Origin: Aliivibrio fischeri ES114
Lineage (GTDB): Bacteria > Pseudomonadota > Gammaproteobacteria > Enterobacterales > Vibrionaceae
Length of the DNA stretch: 32,000 nucleotides
Direction: 5' to 3' (one strand)
Assembly: GCF_000011805.1 (NCBI RefSeq)
Contig: NC_006840.2
Part shown: positions 1 through 11,046 of the stretch, in pieces
How the letters are laid out: every line of letters begins with the position of its first letter
Numbering within the stretch: position 1 is the first letter of the stretch
Program-made: the position numbers and the translations under genes
The notes under the pieces: model-generated
The model's input: only the letters and a program-made list of their open reading frames with translations
Database searches by the model: none
Told to the model about the DNA's origin: nothing

Positions 1-126
1 TTAAAAGCATTGAAAGGACACCGAGTTGTCGGTGGTATGCGTGCTTCAATTTATAATGCAATGCCATTAGAAGGTGTTGAAGCGCTTGTGCAATTTATGA
101 AAGAGTTTGAAGAGAAGTACGTTTAG
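1..126 (+). CDS. serC: Phosphoserine aminotransferase SerC, C-terminal 41 codons only (gene begins upstream of the window)
   Basis: Frame +1 reads [41 protein letters not shown]-stop (TAG 124-126). This matches the conserved SerC C-terminus (E. coli ...[23 protein letters not shown]...). A hairpin terminator follows. Confidence 0.85.
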
Positions 127-150
127 GTATTGCTCTTATTAACTGATACG

Positions 151-187
151 AAAAAGCCGATATGATGATGCTCATATCGGCTTTTTT
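151..187. terminator. Bidirectional rho-independent terminator shared by convergent serC and cydC
   Basis: aaaaagccgatatga / loop tgatgc / tcatatcggcttttt. The stem is perfect, with an A-run on the 5' side and a T-run on the 3' side, so it reads as hairpin plus U-tract on both strands. Confidence 0.85.
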
Positions 188-215
188 ATATTCTTAGGTT
201 ATCTATCTAAGGTAA

Positions 216-1937
216 TTAAAAGCGTTGCCATAATTGGTGGTAAGCACCTTTAAGAGATAGGAGGCTATCATGTGTACCTTGCTCAACGATTTCACCGTGA
301 TCCATCAAACAAATATGATCCATCTGTTCTAGGTTCACAAGACGGTGTGTAATAAACACAACGGTTTTATGTTCAATGTGTTTATTAAGTACCGACATGA
401 TTTGTTGTTCGGTTTTTTGATCTAAACCTTCTGTTGGTTCATCCAATAGCACAATAGGTGCATCATGTAATAACGCTCGTGCAATTCCAATTCGGCGACG
501 TTCACCACCAGAGAGTTGTCGGCCACCATCGCCTAACCAAGCATTCAGACCTTCGTCGGTTGTTAAATCTTCCAAACCAACTTGATTTAACGTTTCCGTC
601 AGTTTTTCATCGCTTGCTGTATCATCGGCAAGCAGTAAGTTATCTCGCAGAGAGCCATTTAAAATATCCACTCGTTGGCTTACCACTGACATTGCACTAC
701 GAAGATTCGCTTCTTTCCATTTAGGTAACTTCACACCATCAATAGCGATGTAGCCTGATTTAGGATCCCACTGACGAGTTAGCAACTGTAGTAAGGTTGA
801 TTTACCAGAGCCAGTTTGACCTACAATGGCCATTTTTTGTCCTGCAAGTAGATCAAGTGAGATGGCATTAATTGCATTGGTATCGGCATCCATGTATTGG
901 TAATCAACATTTGAGATGGTTAAATTACCTTTGATGGCTTGATCAACGCCGTTTTCATCAAAGACAGTATCAGGTTCTGCTGTGATGATTTCATTCAGGC
1001 GACGAGCCGAGCTTAGTGTTTGTCCTAGATATTGAAAGGCACCCGCTATTGGCATAAGCAGTTCAAAACTTGCCATTGTCGCAAATGCAACCATCGCAAC
1101 CATAGGGTCAGGCGTCATTCCTGCAATACCGTCGCCTGCAATCCACAACATTAATAGTAGCGTCCAGCCATTAGCTAGCAGTAATAGACCATTTGCTAAT
1201 CCTGTTAATGCTGCCATGCGGTGTTGGTTAGCTAATAGTGCAGTTTGTGCATCAAGAATGCGTTGACGGTATTGAGCTTCCGCACCAAAAATGCGTAATT
1301 CAGCATTACCTTGTAGCCAATCTAAGGTTTTGATCCTCAGTATTGCTTTATTTTGAGTTAGCTCTGAGCCATTGTGCTTACCTAACTTGTAGAATAGCGT
1401 TGGCCAGATTAGCAATAAAGAAAGTAAAATAGCACCAAGAGTTAGGCCGATAGTGATATCAAACCATGCAAGAAATGCAGTCAGTCCAATAATACCTAAA
1501 GTACCGACAATAATTGGGCTAACTAAACGTAAATATACATGGTCCATTGCATCAACATCAGCAACAAGACGGTTTAATAAATCCGCATCACGTAGCTTTG
1601 AGAAACGACCTGGGATAAGCGGTATTAGTTTCTTAAAGAAGAAAATACGTAATTCAGTTAGTAGTTTGAATGTGGCGTTGTGGCTAACAACACGTTCGCC
1701 CCATCGTCCAGCAGTACGGCCAATAGAGAAACCACGAACGGCACCGGCTGGAAGCATATAGTTGAATGTTTCTCTTGCAATGGTTAAACCTGCAATAGCT
1801 GAAGCTGAGATAAACCAGCCAGAAATTGTTAGCAAACCAATAGAAGCAAACAAAGTAGCAAAGCTGAGTAGCATACCAAGCGTTAAGCCGAACCAATGTT
1901 TTTTATAGAGTTTGATATAAGGAAGTAAATCACGCAT
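216..1937 (-). CDS. cydC: Cysteine/glutathione ABC exporter subunit CydC (fused TMD-NBD)
   Basis: N-terminal multi-TM exporter domain plus an NBD with Walker A GQTGSGKST, signature LSGGERRR and Walker B IVLLDEPT. Collinear with E. coli CydC (MRDLLPYIKLYKKH vs MRALLPYLALYKRH). I place the start at ATG 1937 by homology rather than at the upstream GTG 1946 used in the ORF track. That ATG overlaps the cydD stop as ATGCGTGA, suggesting translational coupling. Confidence 0.9.
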   Translation of the reverse strand: MRDLLPYIKLYKKHWFGLTLGMLLSFATLFASIGLLTISGWFISASAIAGLTIARETFNYMLPAGAVRGFSIGRTAGRWGERVVSHNATFKLLTELRIFFFKKLIPLIPGRFSKLRDADLLNRLVADVDAMDHVYLRLVSPIIVGTLGIIGLTAFLAWFDITIGLTLGAILLSLLLIWPTLFYKLGKHNGSELTQNKAILRIKTLDWLQGNAELRIFGAEAQYRQRILDAQTALLANQHRMAALTGLANGLLLLANGWTLLLMLWIAGDGIAGMTPDPMVAMVAFATMASFELLMPIAGAFQYLGQTLSSARRLNEIITAEPDTVFDENGVDQAIKGNLTISNVDYQYMDADTNAINAISLDLLAGQKMAIVGQTGSGKSTLLQLLTRQWDPKSGYIAIDGVKLPKWKEANLRSAMSVVSQRVDILNGSLRDNLLLADDTASDEKLTETLNQVGLEDLTTDEGLNAWLGDGGRQLSGGERRRIGIARALLHDAPIVLLDEPTEGLDQKTEQQIMSVLNKHIEHKTVVFITHRLVNLEQMDHICLMDHGEIVEQGTHDSLLSLKGAYHQLWQRF

Positions 1938-3702
1938 CGAGATCACCTTGCACTGGTTGTTTTGCCGCTAGCATATTCGCAAATAGGCCAGAATCTTTTA
2001 TCTCATCAAATGAGCCAGATTGAACTATTTTCCCTTTATCTAATACAAGGATAGAGTCCATTGCATGCAGTTGATCTAAGCGGTGAGTGATCATTAATGT
2101 AGTTAAGCCTTGAGTCGCTTGATTTAAGCTCTTCATTACTAAACGTTCACTTTTTGCATCAAGACTTGCTGTTGGTTCATCTAAGATCCATAAACGTCCT
2201 TGTTGCAATAATGCTCTTGCTAATGCCAGTCGCTGTGCTTGTCCTACAGATAAACCACCTGAACGATCAGAAATCGCATGTTGATAACCAAGATCGGCAA
2301 TAAACTCGTTAGCGAATGCATGCTCACATGCTGTATCTAGTTGTTCTTGAGTAATGTCTTGCTTACCTAGGGTGATGTTTTCCTGAATAGTACCGTGAAC
2401 CAATGTTGGGTTTTGACCGACCCAGTTGATTTCTTTATACCATTCAGTTTTATCTAACTCTGATAATTCAAGGCCATTAACTTTGATACTTCCTTGATAT
2501 GGAAGGAAGCCAAGAATGGCATTAATCAAACTTGTTTTACCAGCACCACTAGGACCAATAAGTGCAGTTTGAGAGCCTTCTTCTAGATGGAAACTAATAG
2601 GACCTAAGAGGTTTTTTCCATCGTGAGTCGTTACGATTAACTCTTCAACTTGAATATCGAGGGTTGAAGATTCAGAGACTTTTTTATCACCTTGAGCTTG
2701 CTGTTCTGTTTTGGTGTCTAGAAATTCAACCAGCGATTCTGCAGCACCGATCGCTTGTGCTTTGGCGTGATAGAAGGTACCTAAATCACGAAGTGGTTGA
2801 TAGAACTCCGGAGCAAGAATAAGAATAAATAGGCCTGTAAACAGAGTAACAGTTGTTCCGTAATGACCGAAATCTAGCTCACCAATAAACGTAAAACCGA
2901 AGTAAACCGCAACAATAGCAATCGAAATTGAAGTGAAAAACTCTAGAACAGCTGACGATAAGAATGCCAGTCTCAGTACTTCCATCGTACGTTTACGGAA
3001 AATTTCCGAAGCACCATGTAAGTGTCCAGTTTCTTGTGCTGTTTTATTGAATAAGCGTATGGTTGTCATTGATTGCAGACGATCATAAAAATGACCAGAT
3101 AAACGTTGCAATGCTTTAAAATTTCGTCGGTTAGCATCTGCAGCTCCCATACCAACTAGTGCCATAAATAATGGAACTAACGGAGCGGTAAGCAAAAAGA
3201 TTAACCCAGCAGTCCAGTTTTGAGGGAACACCACGATTAATATAACAAACGGAATTAAAACCGATAGAGACATTTGTGGAAGGTAGCGAGAGAAGAAGTC
3301 TTGCATGTCTTCAACTTGTTCAAGTAATAAGGTTGCCCATGTACCAGCAGGTTTCCCTTTGATATAAGCAGGGCCTAATTCTTGAAGTTTATTCAAAATC
3401 AATTGTCGAATGTGTACTCGAATGTGTTCACCACATCGGTAACCTGCAATCTCTCGTCCCCAGCTACAAAGGGCACGAATAGCAACAAACACTAAGATAG
3501 CAACAAAGTGCGAAATCAGTTCGTATTTATCGACTTGTTCTACGATTAATTGGTGCAGAATATCGGCAAGTAATGCCGCTTGAGCAATAAGAAAAAGACT
3601 GGAAAGAAAGCCGAGCCCGATAGAGAGGGTTAGCCATTTTTTTGCAAGCTTGCTTTGACCCTTGAGCCATTTACCTAACTCGCGTTGTTGTATTTTATCC
3701 AT
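1930..3702 (-). CDS. cydD: Cysteine/glutathione ABC exporter subunit CydD (fused TMD-NBD)
   Basis: 590-aa ORF with an exporter TMD plus NBD (Walker A GPSGAGKTS, signature LSVGQAQR, Walker B LWILDEPT). It lies directly upstream of cydC, overlaps it, and sits next to trxB, as in E. coli. Confidence 0.9.
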   Translation of the reverse strand: MDKIQQRELGKWLKGQSKLAKKWLTLSIGLGFLSSLFLIAQAALLADILHQLIVEQVDKYELISHFVAILVFVAIRALCSWGREIAGYRCGEHIRVHIRQLILNKLQELGPAYIKGKPAGTWATLLLEQVEDMQDFFSRYLPQMSLSVLIPFVILIVVFPQNWTAGLIFLLTAPLVPLFMALVGMGAADANRRNFKALQRLSGHFYDRLQSMTTIRLFNKTAQETGHLHGASEIFRKRTMEVLRLAFLSSAVLEFFTSISIAIVAVYFGFTFIGELDFGHYGTTVTLFTGLFILILAPEFYQPLRDLGTFYHAKAQAIGAAESLVEFLDTKTEQQAQGDKKVSESSTLDIQVEELIVTTHDGKNLLGPISFHLEEGSQTALIGPSGAGKTSLINAILGFLPYQGSIKVNGLELSELDKTEWYKEINWVGQNPTLVHGTIQENITLGKQDITQEQLDTACEHAFANEFIADLGYQHAISDRSGGLSVGQAQRLALARALLQQGRLWILDEPTASLDAKSERLVMKSLNQATQGLTTLMITHRLDQLHAMDSILVLDKGKIVQSGSFDEIKDSGLFANMLAAKQPVQGDLDA

Positions 3703-3810
3703 AATATTGAAAGCTTACGTTTTGTATTATTTTGCACGCACTACTTTTCTATTTTAATAATTTGAATATCAGAAAAAATAGGCACATCAACAAAATAAGA
3801 TGAGCAAAAG

Positions 3811-3836
3811 AAACCCGAAGCATTAACTTCGGGTTT
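3811..3836 (-). terminator. Hairpin downstream of trxB (probable terminator)
   Basis: aaacccgaag / cattaa / cttcgggttt, a 10-bp perfect stem 19 nt after the trxB stop. On the minus strand it is followed by cttttgc, a weak U-tract. Confidence 0.6.
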
Positions 3837-3854
3837 AACGTTAACATAGATAGT

Positions 3855-4832
<978 letters not shown>

Positions 4833-4967
4833 CTAAAACAAAAAATAGAGAAAGAGGAAGGTAACATCGAGTTATCAACCAATATCCTGATTGTAGGGAA
4901 TTTATTCGATGAAAGAAAGGGCACCGTAATAAGCGCCCTAAAATGATTTGGTTATAGGATATGCTTT

Positions 4968-6086
4968 TTAAGCACTGATAGCCGTTTCAGGAGCAACGTA
5001 TTCTAAGTCGAAACTTTCTGCTACTTCTTTGCAGGTTACTTTTCCGTGAATAACGTTCAAACCACCTAAAAAGCCTTTATCTTCTAATAAAGCCGCTTTA
5101 TATCCCTTATCTGCTAATTTAATTATGTAAGGAAGTGTTGCATTATTTAGGGCAAATGTAGAGGTTCGAGCAACCGCTCCTGGCATGTTAGCAACACAAT
5201 AATGAACAACATCATCCACAATATAAGTTGGGTCAGCATGAGTGGTGGCATGAGAGGTTTCAAAACAACCGCCTTGGTCAATGGCAACATCAACAACGGC
5301 TGCGCCCGGTTTCATGCGTTTAATATGTTCTGCTGTAATTAACTTAGGTGCTGCTGCGCCCGGAATAAGTACGGCACCAACGACTAAATCAGCTTCTAGG
5401 ACGTGTTTTTCAATGGCATCAACCGTAGAATAAACGACTTTAGCTCGACCTTGAAACTCTTCATCTAGATGACGTAGCGTATCGATATTGCGATCTAATA
5501 TGGTGACATCAGCACGCATTCCTACGGCCATACGAGCAGCATTTGCTCCAACAACACCACCGCCAACAATGACGACTTTTGCAGGTTCAACACCCGGAAC
5601 ACCACCTAAAAGTAAGCCTCGACCCCCATTTGATTTTTCTAATGTTTGTGCACCTGCTTGAATGGACATTCGACCTGCAACTTCTGACATTGGCGCTAAT
5701 AGTGGCAGACGACCCATATTATCTGTTACAGTCTCATATGCGATGCAGACAGCTTTACTCTTGATTAGGTCTTTAGTTTGTGGAAGATCTGGTGCAAGAT
5801 GTAAATACGTGAATAAAATTTGCCCTTCACGAAGCATTGCACGCTCAACAGCCTGAGGTTCTTTAACTTTAATAATCATTTCAGCTTTAGCAAATACGTC
5901 TTCAGCTGTAGGAAGAATGGATGCACCAACCGCGATGTAGTCTTCGTCGGTAAAACCAATGCCTGAGCCGGCTTTTGTTTCGACAAATACGGTGTGGCCA
6001 TGAGATATTAATTCGCGAACACTCGCAGGGATCATACCAACGCGATATTCATGATTTTTTATTTCTTTAGGTACTCCAATGATCAT
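4968..6086 (-). CDS. ald: L-alanine dehydrogenase
   Basis: 372 aa. The N-terminus MIIGVPKEIKNHEYRVG and the Rossmann motif VVIVGGGVVGANAARMA are typical of the AlaDH/PNT family, and the length and layout match bacterial Ald. SD aaggaaa lies upstream of the ATG. Confidence 0.85.
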   Translation of the reverse strand: MIIGVPKEIKNHEYRVGMIPASVRELISHGHTVFVETKAGSGIGFTDEDYIAVGASILPTAEDVFAKAEMIIKVKEPQAVERAMLREGQILFTYLHLAPDLPQTKDLIKSKAVCIAYETVTDNMGRLPLLAPMSEVAGRMSIQAGAQTLEKSNGGRGLLLGGVPGVEPAKVVIVGGGVVGANAARMAVGMRADVTILDRNIDTLRHLDEEFQGRAKVVYSTVDAIEKHVLEADLVVGAVLIPGAAAPKLITAEHIKRMKPGAAVVDVAIDQGGCFETSHATTHADPTYIVDDVVHYCVANMPGAVARTSTFALNNATLPYIIKLADKGYKAALLEDKGFLGGLNVIHGKVTCKEVAESFDLEYVAPETAISA

Positions 6087-6242
6087 CCTGATTTCCTTTT
6101 GTTTTATGGTTATTATGACTGGTTGTAGGGTTTTTGTTTCGAGTTTTTATCTAGTATAGATTGTAAATGGCAAAATTTGATGCTAAATATTAAAAAGTTG
6201 TAGTATATTTTTTTGCAAGGAAGTAATAAGGTGGAATAAAAA

Positions 6243-6734
6243 ATGGTAGATAATAAGAAACCTTCCAAGGAACTGGATCGTATCGATCGCAATATTTTGA
6301 ATGAACTCCAGAAAGATGGTCGAATTTCAAATGTTGAATTATCTAAGAGAGTAGGCCTGTCGCCAACTCCATGTTTAGAGCGCGTTCGCCGTCTAGAACG
6401 CCAAGGGTATATCAATGGTTATACAGCATTGTTAAACCCGCAATATCTTGATGCGTCATTATTAGTATTTGTTGAAATCACGTTAAACCGTGGTGCACCG
6501 GATGTATTTGAACAATTTAATGCTGCAGTACAGTTATTAGACGATATTCAAGAGTGTCATCTTGTATCGGGTGATTTTGACTATCTTTTAAAGACTCGTG
6601 TATCAGATATGAGTGCTTATCGTCGATTACTTGGTGATACACTATTACGACTTCCGGGCGTTAACGACACTCGTACTTATGTTGTTATGGAAGAAGTAAA
6701 ACAAACGAACCATTTAGTGATTAAGACTCGCTAA
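6243..6734 (+). CDS. lrp: Leucine-responsive global regulator Lrp
   Basis: 163 aa, nearly identical to E. coli Lrp over long runs (DRIDRNILNELQKDGRISNVELSKRVGLSPTPCLERVRRLERQG; LLNPQYLDASLLVFVEITLNRGAPDVFEQFN). Strong SD aaggtgga. Confidence 0.97.
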   Translation: MVDNKKPSKELDRIDRNILNELQKDGRISNVELSKRVGLSPTPCLERVRRLERQGYINGYTALLNPQYLDASLLVFVEITLNRGAPDVFEQFNAAVQLLDDIQECHLVSGDFDYLLKTRVSDMSAYRRLLGDTLLRLPGVNDTRTYVVMEEVKQTNHLVIKTR

Positions 6735-6844
6735 TTGAAGCAAGATTGTAAATATCGAGATATTTTCTTTATTTTTACAAAAACTTGCAGAGCTTAATGG
6801 CATTTTAGGTATATTATTTACCTGTGATTACTATTAAGTAATGA

Positions 6845-6880
6845 CGAGCGGCGTAGTGCCGCTCGACTTGTTTTTATTTT
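6845..6880 (+). terminator. Strong GC-rich rho-independent terminator in the lrp-ftsK spacer
   Basis: cgagcggc / gtagt / gccgctcg (8-bp GC-rich stem) followed by acttgtttttatttt. It lies about 110 nt after the lrp stop. It is either the lrp terminator with a long 3'UTR or the end of an independent short transcript (see findings). Confidence 0.75.
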
Positions 6881-6956
6881 ATAGAGATTCAGTGATCCTT
6901 GCTTCTCCTCGAATTCGCATTTTAAAGAGGGATGACTAAATCTAAGTATCGTATCA

Positions 6957-9900
6957 ATGGACAGTATTTTGTTTACAAAGATTAAAGAAAAAATTGCAGA
7001 AAGAAAAACACAGCTTACGACATTAAAAGTTGAGGCCGTGGCAGAACCTGAAAAAGAGCGTTTGAATGGCAACCAACGCCTACAAGAAGCGCTTTTTATC
7101 GTAGGTTTACTCGCAACAATATTCATCACGATTTCATTATTGAGTTTTAATCCTGCCGATCCATCATGGACACAAACTGCATGGGCTGGGTCAGTAGAAA
7201 ATGCAGGTGGTTCATTTGGTGCGTGGATTGCTGATACGCTGTTTTTTGCTTTTGGATCTTTAGCTTATTTATTGCCTGTGATCTTACTTGGCTGTACTTG
7301 GATTGTTTTCCGTAGAAGAGAAGAAGAGCAAGAAAGTGAATTAGATTTTATGATGATTGGTACTCGTATTTTAGGGTTACTGATCTTGTTCTTAACAAGC
7401 TGTGCTTTAGCGGATACTAACTTTGATGACCTTTGGTATTTCTCATCTGGTGGTGTCGTTGGTGATGTTTTAACTAGCATTACAAACCCTATTTTAAATG
7501 TATTGGGTTCTACGCTTATCTTCATGTTCTTATGGGGCGCAGGTTTAACTTTATTTACTGGTGTATCTTGGTTAACGATAGTCGATAACCTAGGTGGTTT
7601 TGTTTTAGAAGCAACTCGTGCTTTAGTAAATAAGGTTCGTAAAACAGAAGATGAAACTTACGAAGTTGAGAATGAACAACCAATCGTAGAAAGCAAACCT
7701 GAATCTTCTCAACCATTTGCTTCTGCACCGTCGATGACGGTGGTTGAAGACGATGAACCACTTGACCCATATGCGACACCTAAGATCTCTGCAAGCGATT
7801 TACCACGTTTTGGTGCCGCTGGGGCGGGTGTAGTTGCTGCGGCATCTGTTTCGGCTGCGAAAGCGGATGATGATTTTTATTCGACAGATGATGACCCTCT
7901 GTTTTCAACATCGACGGTTGATGTATTTTCTGATAATTCAGAAGTATCTCAACCTTATGAAGATCCATTATTTACAACGAATACGTACATTGATGAGCCA
8001 AATGTGGCTGATTCAACAGTAGCTCCAGAAGAGTTTAATACTCAGGAGGTTACTGAAGTTGCTCAAGACTTAGAAAGCAATGTTGAAACGATGCAGGTAA
8101 ATCAAGAACCAGAACTATTAGAAGATGGTTTGAATTTATCTATGCGTAGTAATGCGACGATTGCAGAGCTTGATCATGAGGCTTTAGAACAAGATCCATT
8201 ATTGAGTCAAGTTGATGCTGAAACTGCCTTTGTGCAGAATGCCACCGCAGCAGCTGTTACTACTGCAGCTATGAGCAGTGACGCTTTACCTGACGTTTCA
8301 ATTGATACTCCAGAAATGCCTACATCAGGATTTGAAACACAGGATAGTGCATTTGAACCATCGTTTAGTGCAACCCAAGAAGTAGAAAAAAATACAGAAC
8401 AAGTTCATTCTGTTTTTGCTGAAGAAGAGTCAGTAACGTCTCCAGTTTCAACTCCAGAAGCGAGTGAGGACTATGCCACTTCTTTTGAAGAAGATAATAC
8501 CGTTGGGTCTGATGATACAGTTAGCTTTGATTCTGCTGATTATAACGTTGAAGAAGATGACGCATTAACGACTCAAGCTCACTTCTCTGCTCAAGAAGCA
8601 TCAGAAAGTGAAGAAGAATCTGCGTTACCAACATTCAGTGCAGTAGAGGCTGATGATATTGATGATGAACCAAGCTTCGATCAATCTCAACATCAGGTTG
8701 CTGATACGCCTGAAGTTAATGTTACGCCTGTTGCCGAGCCTGTTTTTGAAGAAGTACTTGAAGATGAAACGCCAACGCACTCTGATGCTGATGTAGCCGC
8801 GTTCCAAGCGCTAGTTGCAAAAGAAAAGGCGACTCAGGCAGCATTACAAAATCCGTTTTTAGTACAGTCAGAGCCAAATTTACCAAAACCAACATCACCA
8901 ATGCCGACGTTGGATTTGCTTTACTCACCAGATACGCGTGAAGAGCTAGAGTCTCGTGAATCGTTAGAGCATACGGCACGTTTAGTTGAAGCTAAATTAG
9001 CGGATTACAAAATTAAAGCTCGTGTGGTGGATATTTTCCCAGGGCCTGTAATTACCCGATTTGAATTAGATTTAGCGCCGGGTGTTAAGGTTAGCCGTAT
9101 CTCAGGCCTAGCGATGGACTTAGCTCGTTCACTATCAGCAATGGCTGTGCGTGTCGTTGAAGTTATTCCGGGCAAACCATATGTTGGTCTTGAATTACCT
9201 AACTTTAATCGACAAACCGTTTTCTTCTCTGATGTTGTAGGTAGCCAGAAGTTTATTGAAGCTAAGTCTCCAACAACGGTTGTAATGGGACAAGATATTG
9301 CTGGTGAAGCGATCATTGCTGACCTTGCAAAAATGCCTCACGTATTGGTTGCAGGTACAACAGGTTCAGGTAAATCAGTTGGTGTAAACGTAATGATCTT
9401 GAGTGTGCTTTATAAAGCGACACCAGAAGATGTACGTTTCATTATGATCGATCCAAAAATGTTGGAACTTTCTATCTATGAAGGAATCCCACACTTATTG
9501 ACGGAAGTGGTAACGGACATGAAAGACGCAGGTAATGCTCTGCGTTGGTGTGTTGGTGAAATGGAACGTCGTTATAAGTTAATGTCTGCATTAGGTGTTC
9601 GAAATCTAAAAGGCTTTAACGATAAGTTAAAAATGGCAGCTGAAGCGGGACACCCAATCCACGATCCATTATGGAAACCGGGTGACAGCATGGACGAAAT
9701 GCCGCCATTGCTTGAGAAGCTACCATCTATCGTTGTTATCGTTGATGAATTTGCTGACTTAATGATGGTTGTTGGTAAGAAAGTAGAAGAATTGATTGCA
9801 CGATTGGCTCAAAAAGCACGTGCAGCCGGTATTCACTTAATTCTTGCGACGCAACGTCCATCTGTTGATGTTATTACGGGTTTGATTAAAGCAAACATCC

Positions 9901-10391
9901 CAACACGTGTGGCGTTTACGGTATCAACTAAAACCGACTCAAGAACCATTCTTGACCAAGGTGGTGCAGAGTCACTACTAGGTATGGGTGACATGCTTTA
10001 TCTAGCGCCGGGTTCTAACCACACAGTACGTGTTCATGGTGCCTTTGCATCAGATGATGATGTACATGCGGTAGTGAATGATTGGAAAGCGCGTGGTCGT
10101 CCAAACTATATTGATGCGATTACTAAGAGTGATCAAGGTGCTGAAGCATTACTTCCAGGAGAAAAACCTGAAGGTGAAGAAGAGTTAGATCAGCTGTTTG
10201 ATCAGGTGGTTGAGTTTGTAATAACATCACGTCGTGGTTCAGTGTCAGGCGTGCAGCGTCAATTTAGAATCGGCTATAACCGAGCTGCTCGTATTGTCGA
10301 ACAATTAGAAGCGCATGGCATTGTTAGTACTCCGGGTCACAATGGTAACCGTGAAGTAATTGCACCGCCTCCTGTAGGTATGCACGATTAA
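6957..10391 (+). CDS. ftsK: DNA translocase FtsK
   Basis: 1144 aa. The N-terminal 4-TM domain is collinear with E. coli FtsK ([16 protein letters not shown]..., [10 protein letters not shown]). A long acidic low-complexity linker follows. The C-terminal motor has Walker [10 protein letters not shown], Walker [12 protein letters not shown] and [12 protein letters not shown], and the gamma winged-helix domain has [27 protein letters not shown] 6957 is the most upstream start, but it has no convincing SD, so the start is uncertain. Confidence 0.95.
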   Translation: MDSILFTKIKEKIAERKTQLTTLKVEAVAEPEKERLNGNQRLQEALFIVGLLATIFITISLLSFNPADPSWTQTAWAGSVENAGGSFGAWIADTLFFAFGSLAYLLPVILLGCTWIVFRRREEEQESELDFMMIGTRILGLLILFLTSCALADTNFDDLWYFSSGGVVGDVLTSITNPILNVLGSTLIFMFLWGAGLTLFTGVSWLTIVDNLGGFVLEATRALVNKVRKTEDETYEVENEQPIVESKPESSQPFASAPSMTVVEDDEPLDPYATPKISASDLPRFGAAGAGVVAAASVSAAKADDDFYSTDDDPLFSTSTVDVFSDNSEVSQPYEDPLFTTNTYIDEPNVADSTVAPEEFNTQEVTEVAQDLESNVETMQVNQEPELLEDGLNLSMRSNATIAELDHEALEQDPLLSQVDAETAFVQNATAAAVTTAAMSSDALPDVSIDTPEMPTSGFETQDSAFEPSFSATQEVEKNTEQVHSVFAEEESVTSPVSTPEASEDYATSFEEDNTVGSDDTVSFDSADYNVEEDDALTTQAHFSAQEASESEEESALPTFSAVEADDIDDEPSFDQSQHQVADTPEVNVTPVAEPVFEEVLEDETPTHSDADVAAFQALVAKEKATQAALQNPFLVQSEPNLPKPTSPMPTLDLLYSPDTREELESRESLEHTARLVEAKLADYKIKARVVDIFPGPVITRFELDLAPGVKVSRISGLAMDLARSLSAMAVRVVEVIPGKPYVGLELPNFNRQTVFFSDVVGSQKFIEAKSPTTVVMGQDIAGEAIIADLAKMPHVLVAGTTGSGKSVGVNVMILSVLYKATPEDVRFIMIDPKMLELSIYEGIPHLLTEVVTDMKDAGNALRWCVGEMERRYKLMSALGVRNLKGFNDKLKMAAEAGHPIHDPLWKPGDSMDEMPPLLEKLPSIVVIVDEFADLMMVVGKKVEELIARLAQKARAAGIHLILATQRPSVDVITGLIKANIPTRVAFTVSTKTDSRTILDQGGAESLLGMGDMLYLAPGSNHTVRVHGAFASDDDVHAVVNDWKARGRPNYIDAITKSDQGAEALLPGEKPEGEEELDQLFDQVVEFVITSRRGSVSGVQRQFRIGYNRAARIVEQLEAHGIVSTPGHNGNREVIAPPPVGMHD

Positions 10392-10416
10392 TCCAAATTT
10401 TTAGAAGTGAAGTGTA

Positions 10417-11013
10417 ATGAAAAAGTTTTTATTTTCTCTCTGTTTATTAAGTTCGACGGTATTGGCATCACCTCAAAGTGAACTAACAGAACGATTGAAC
10501 CAGAATGCAGGCTTTGAAGCTGGTTTTACACAAAAAGTATTAAGCCCAGAAGGTGATGTACTAATGCAAGGCGAGGGTGATGTGAAAATCCTGCGTCCTA
10601 ATTTGTTTCGTTGGCATACACAAACGCCTGATGAAAACCTATTAGTTACCGATGGTAACACCTTGTGGTATTACAACCCATTTGTTGAGCAAGTAACATT
10701 AATGGGGTTAGAGAAAGCAACAACTCAAACACCATTCGTATTATTAACTCGTAATAAAGCGTCGGATTGGGACAATTATTCAGTGAGCCAAAATGGTGAT
10801 GCGTTTACGGTTTCACCAAAAGCAGATTCTGCTGTAAAAAGTGAATTTATTGTTCGCATCCAAGAAAACGGCAAAGTAACGGGTTTTTCGGTTGTTGAGC
10901 AAGACGGCCAACGTAGTGATTTTGACTTCACAAAATTTGAAGCAAAGAAGCCTGCTAAAGATAATTTTACATTTGCGATTCCTGATGGTGTAGATATTGA
11001 CGATCAACGTTAA
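10417..11013 (+). CDS. lolA: Periplasmic lipoprotein chaperone LolA
   Basis: 198 aa with a signal peptide (MKKFLFSLCLLSSTVLA). Collinear with E. coli LolA (FTQKV..., RPNLFRWHTQTPDE, LWYYNPFVEQ, VDIDDQR). It starts 25 nt after ftsK with no terminator between them. Confidence 0.92.
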   Translation: MKKFLFSLCLLSSTVLASPQSELTERLNQNAGFEAGFTQKVLSPEGDVLMQGEGDVKILRPNLFRWHTQTPDENLLVTDGNTLWYYNPFVEQVTLMGLEKATTQTPFVLLTRNKASDWDNYSVSQNGDAFTVSPKADSAVKSEFIVRIQENGKVTGFSVVEQDGQRSDFDFTKFEAKKPAKDNFTFAIPDGVDIDDQR

Positions 11014-11046
11014 TAAGCGTGCATCTAAGAAACTAAAAGGATAAAC

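Noticed and set aside
6750-6776. AT-only palindrome aaatatcgagatattt plus a T-rich run, as a candidate lrp terminator right after the stop codon.
   Set aside because: The stem is entirely A/T apart from the central cg/ga and has essentially no loop, so it is unlikely to be a stable terminator. The GC-rich hairpin at 6845-6880 is far more convincing. It could instead be a protein-binding palindrome, but nothing supports that.
6735-6956. Search for an SOS (LexA) box upstream of ftsK, since E. coli ftsK has an SOS-inducible promoter in this spacer.
   Set aside because: The only CTGT in the spacer (cctgtgattactattaag) is not followed by ACAG at the N8 spacing, so no CTGT-N8-ACAG motif is present.
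6932-6985. A 17-codon upstream ORF ([17 protein letters not shown]) overlapping the annotated ftsK start out of frame, preceded by aaagaggg.
   Set aside because: The SD-like GAGG ends only about 1 nt before the ATG, too close for normal initiation. The peptide is short and unremarkable. I have no conservation evidence. I record it only because the ftsK ATG itself lacks an SD.
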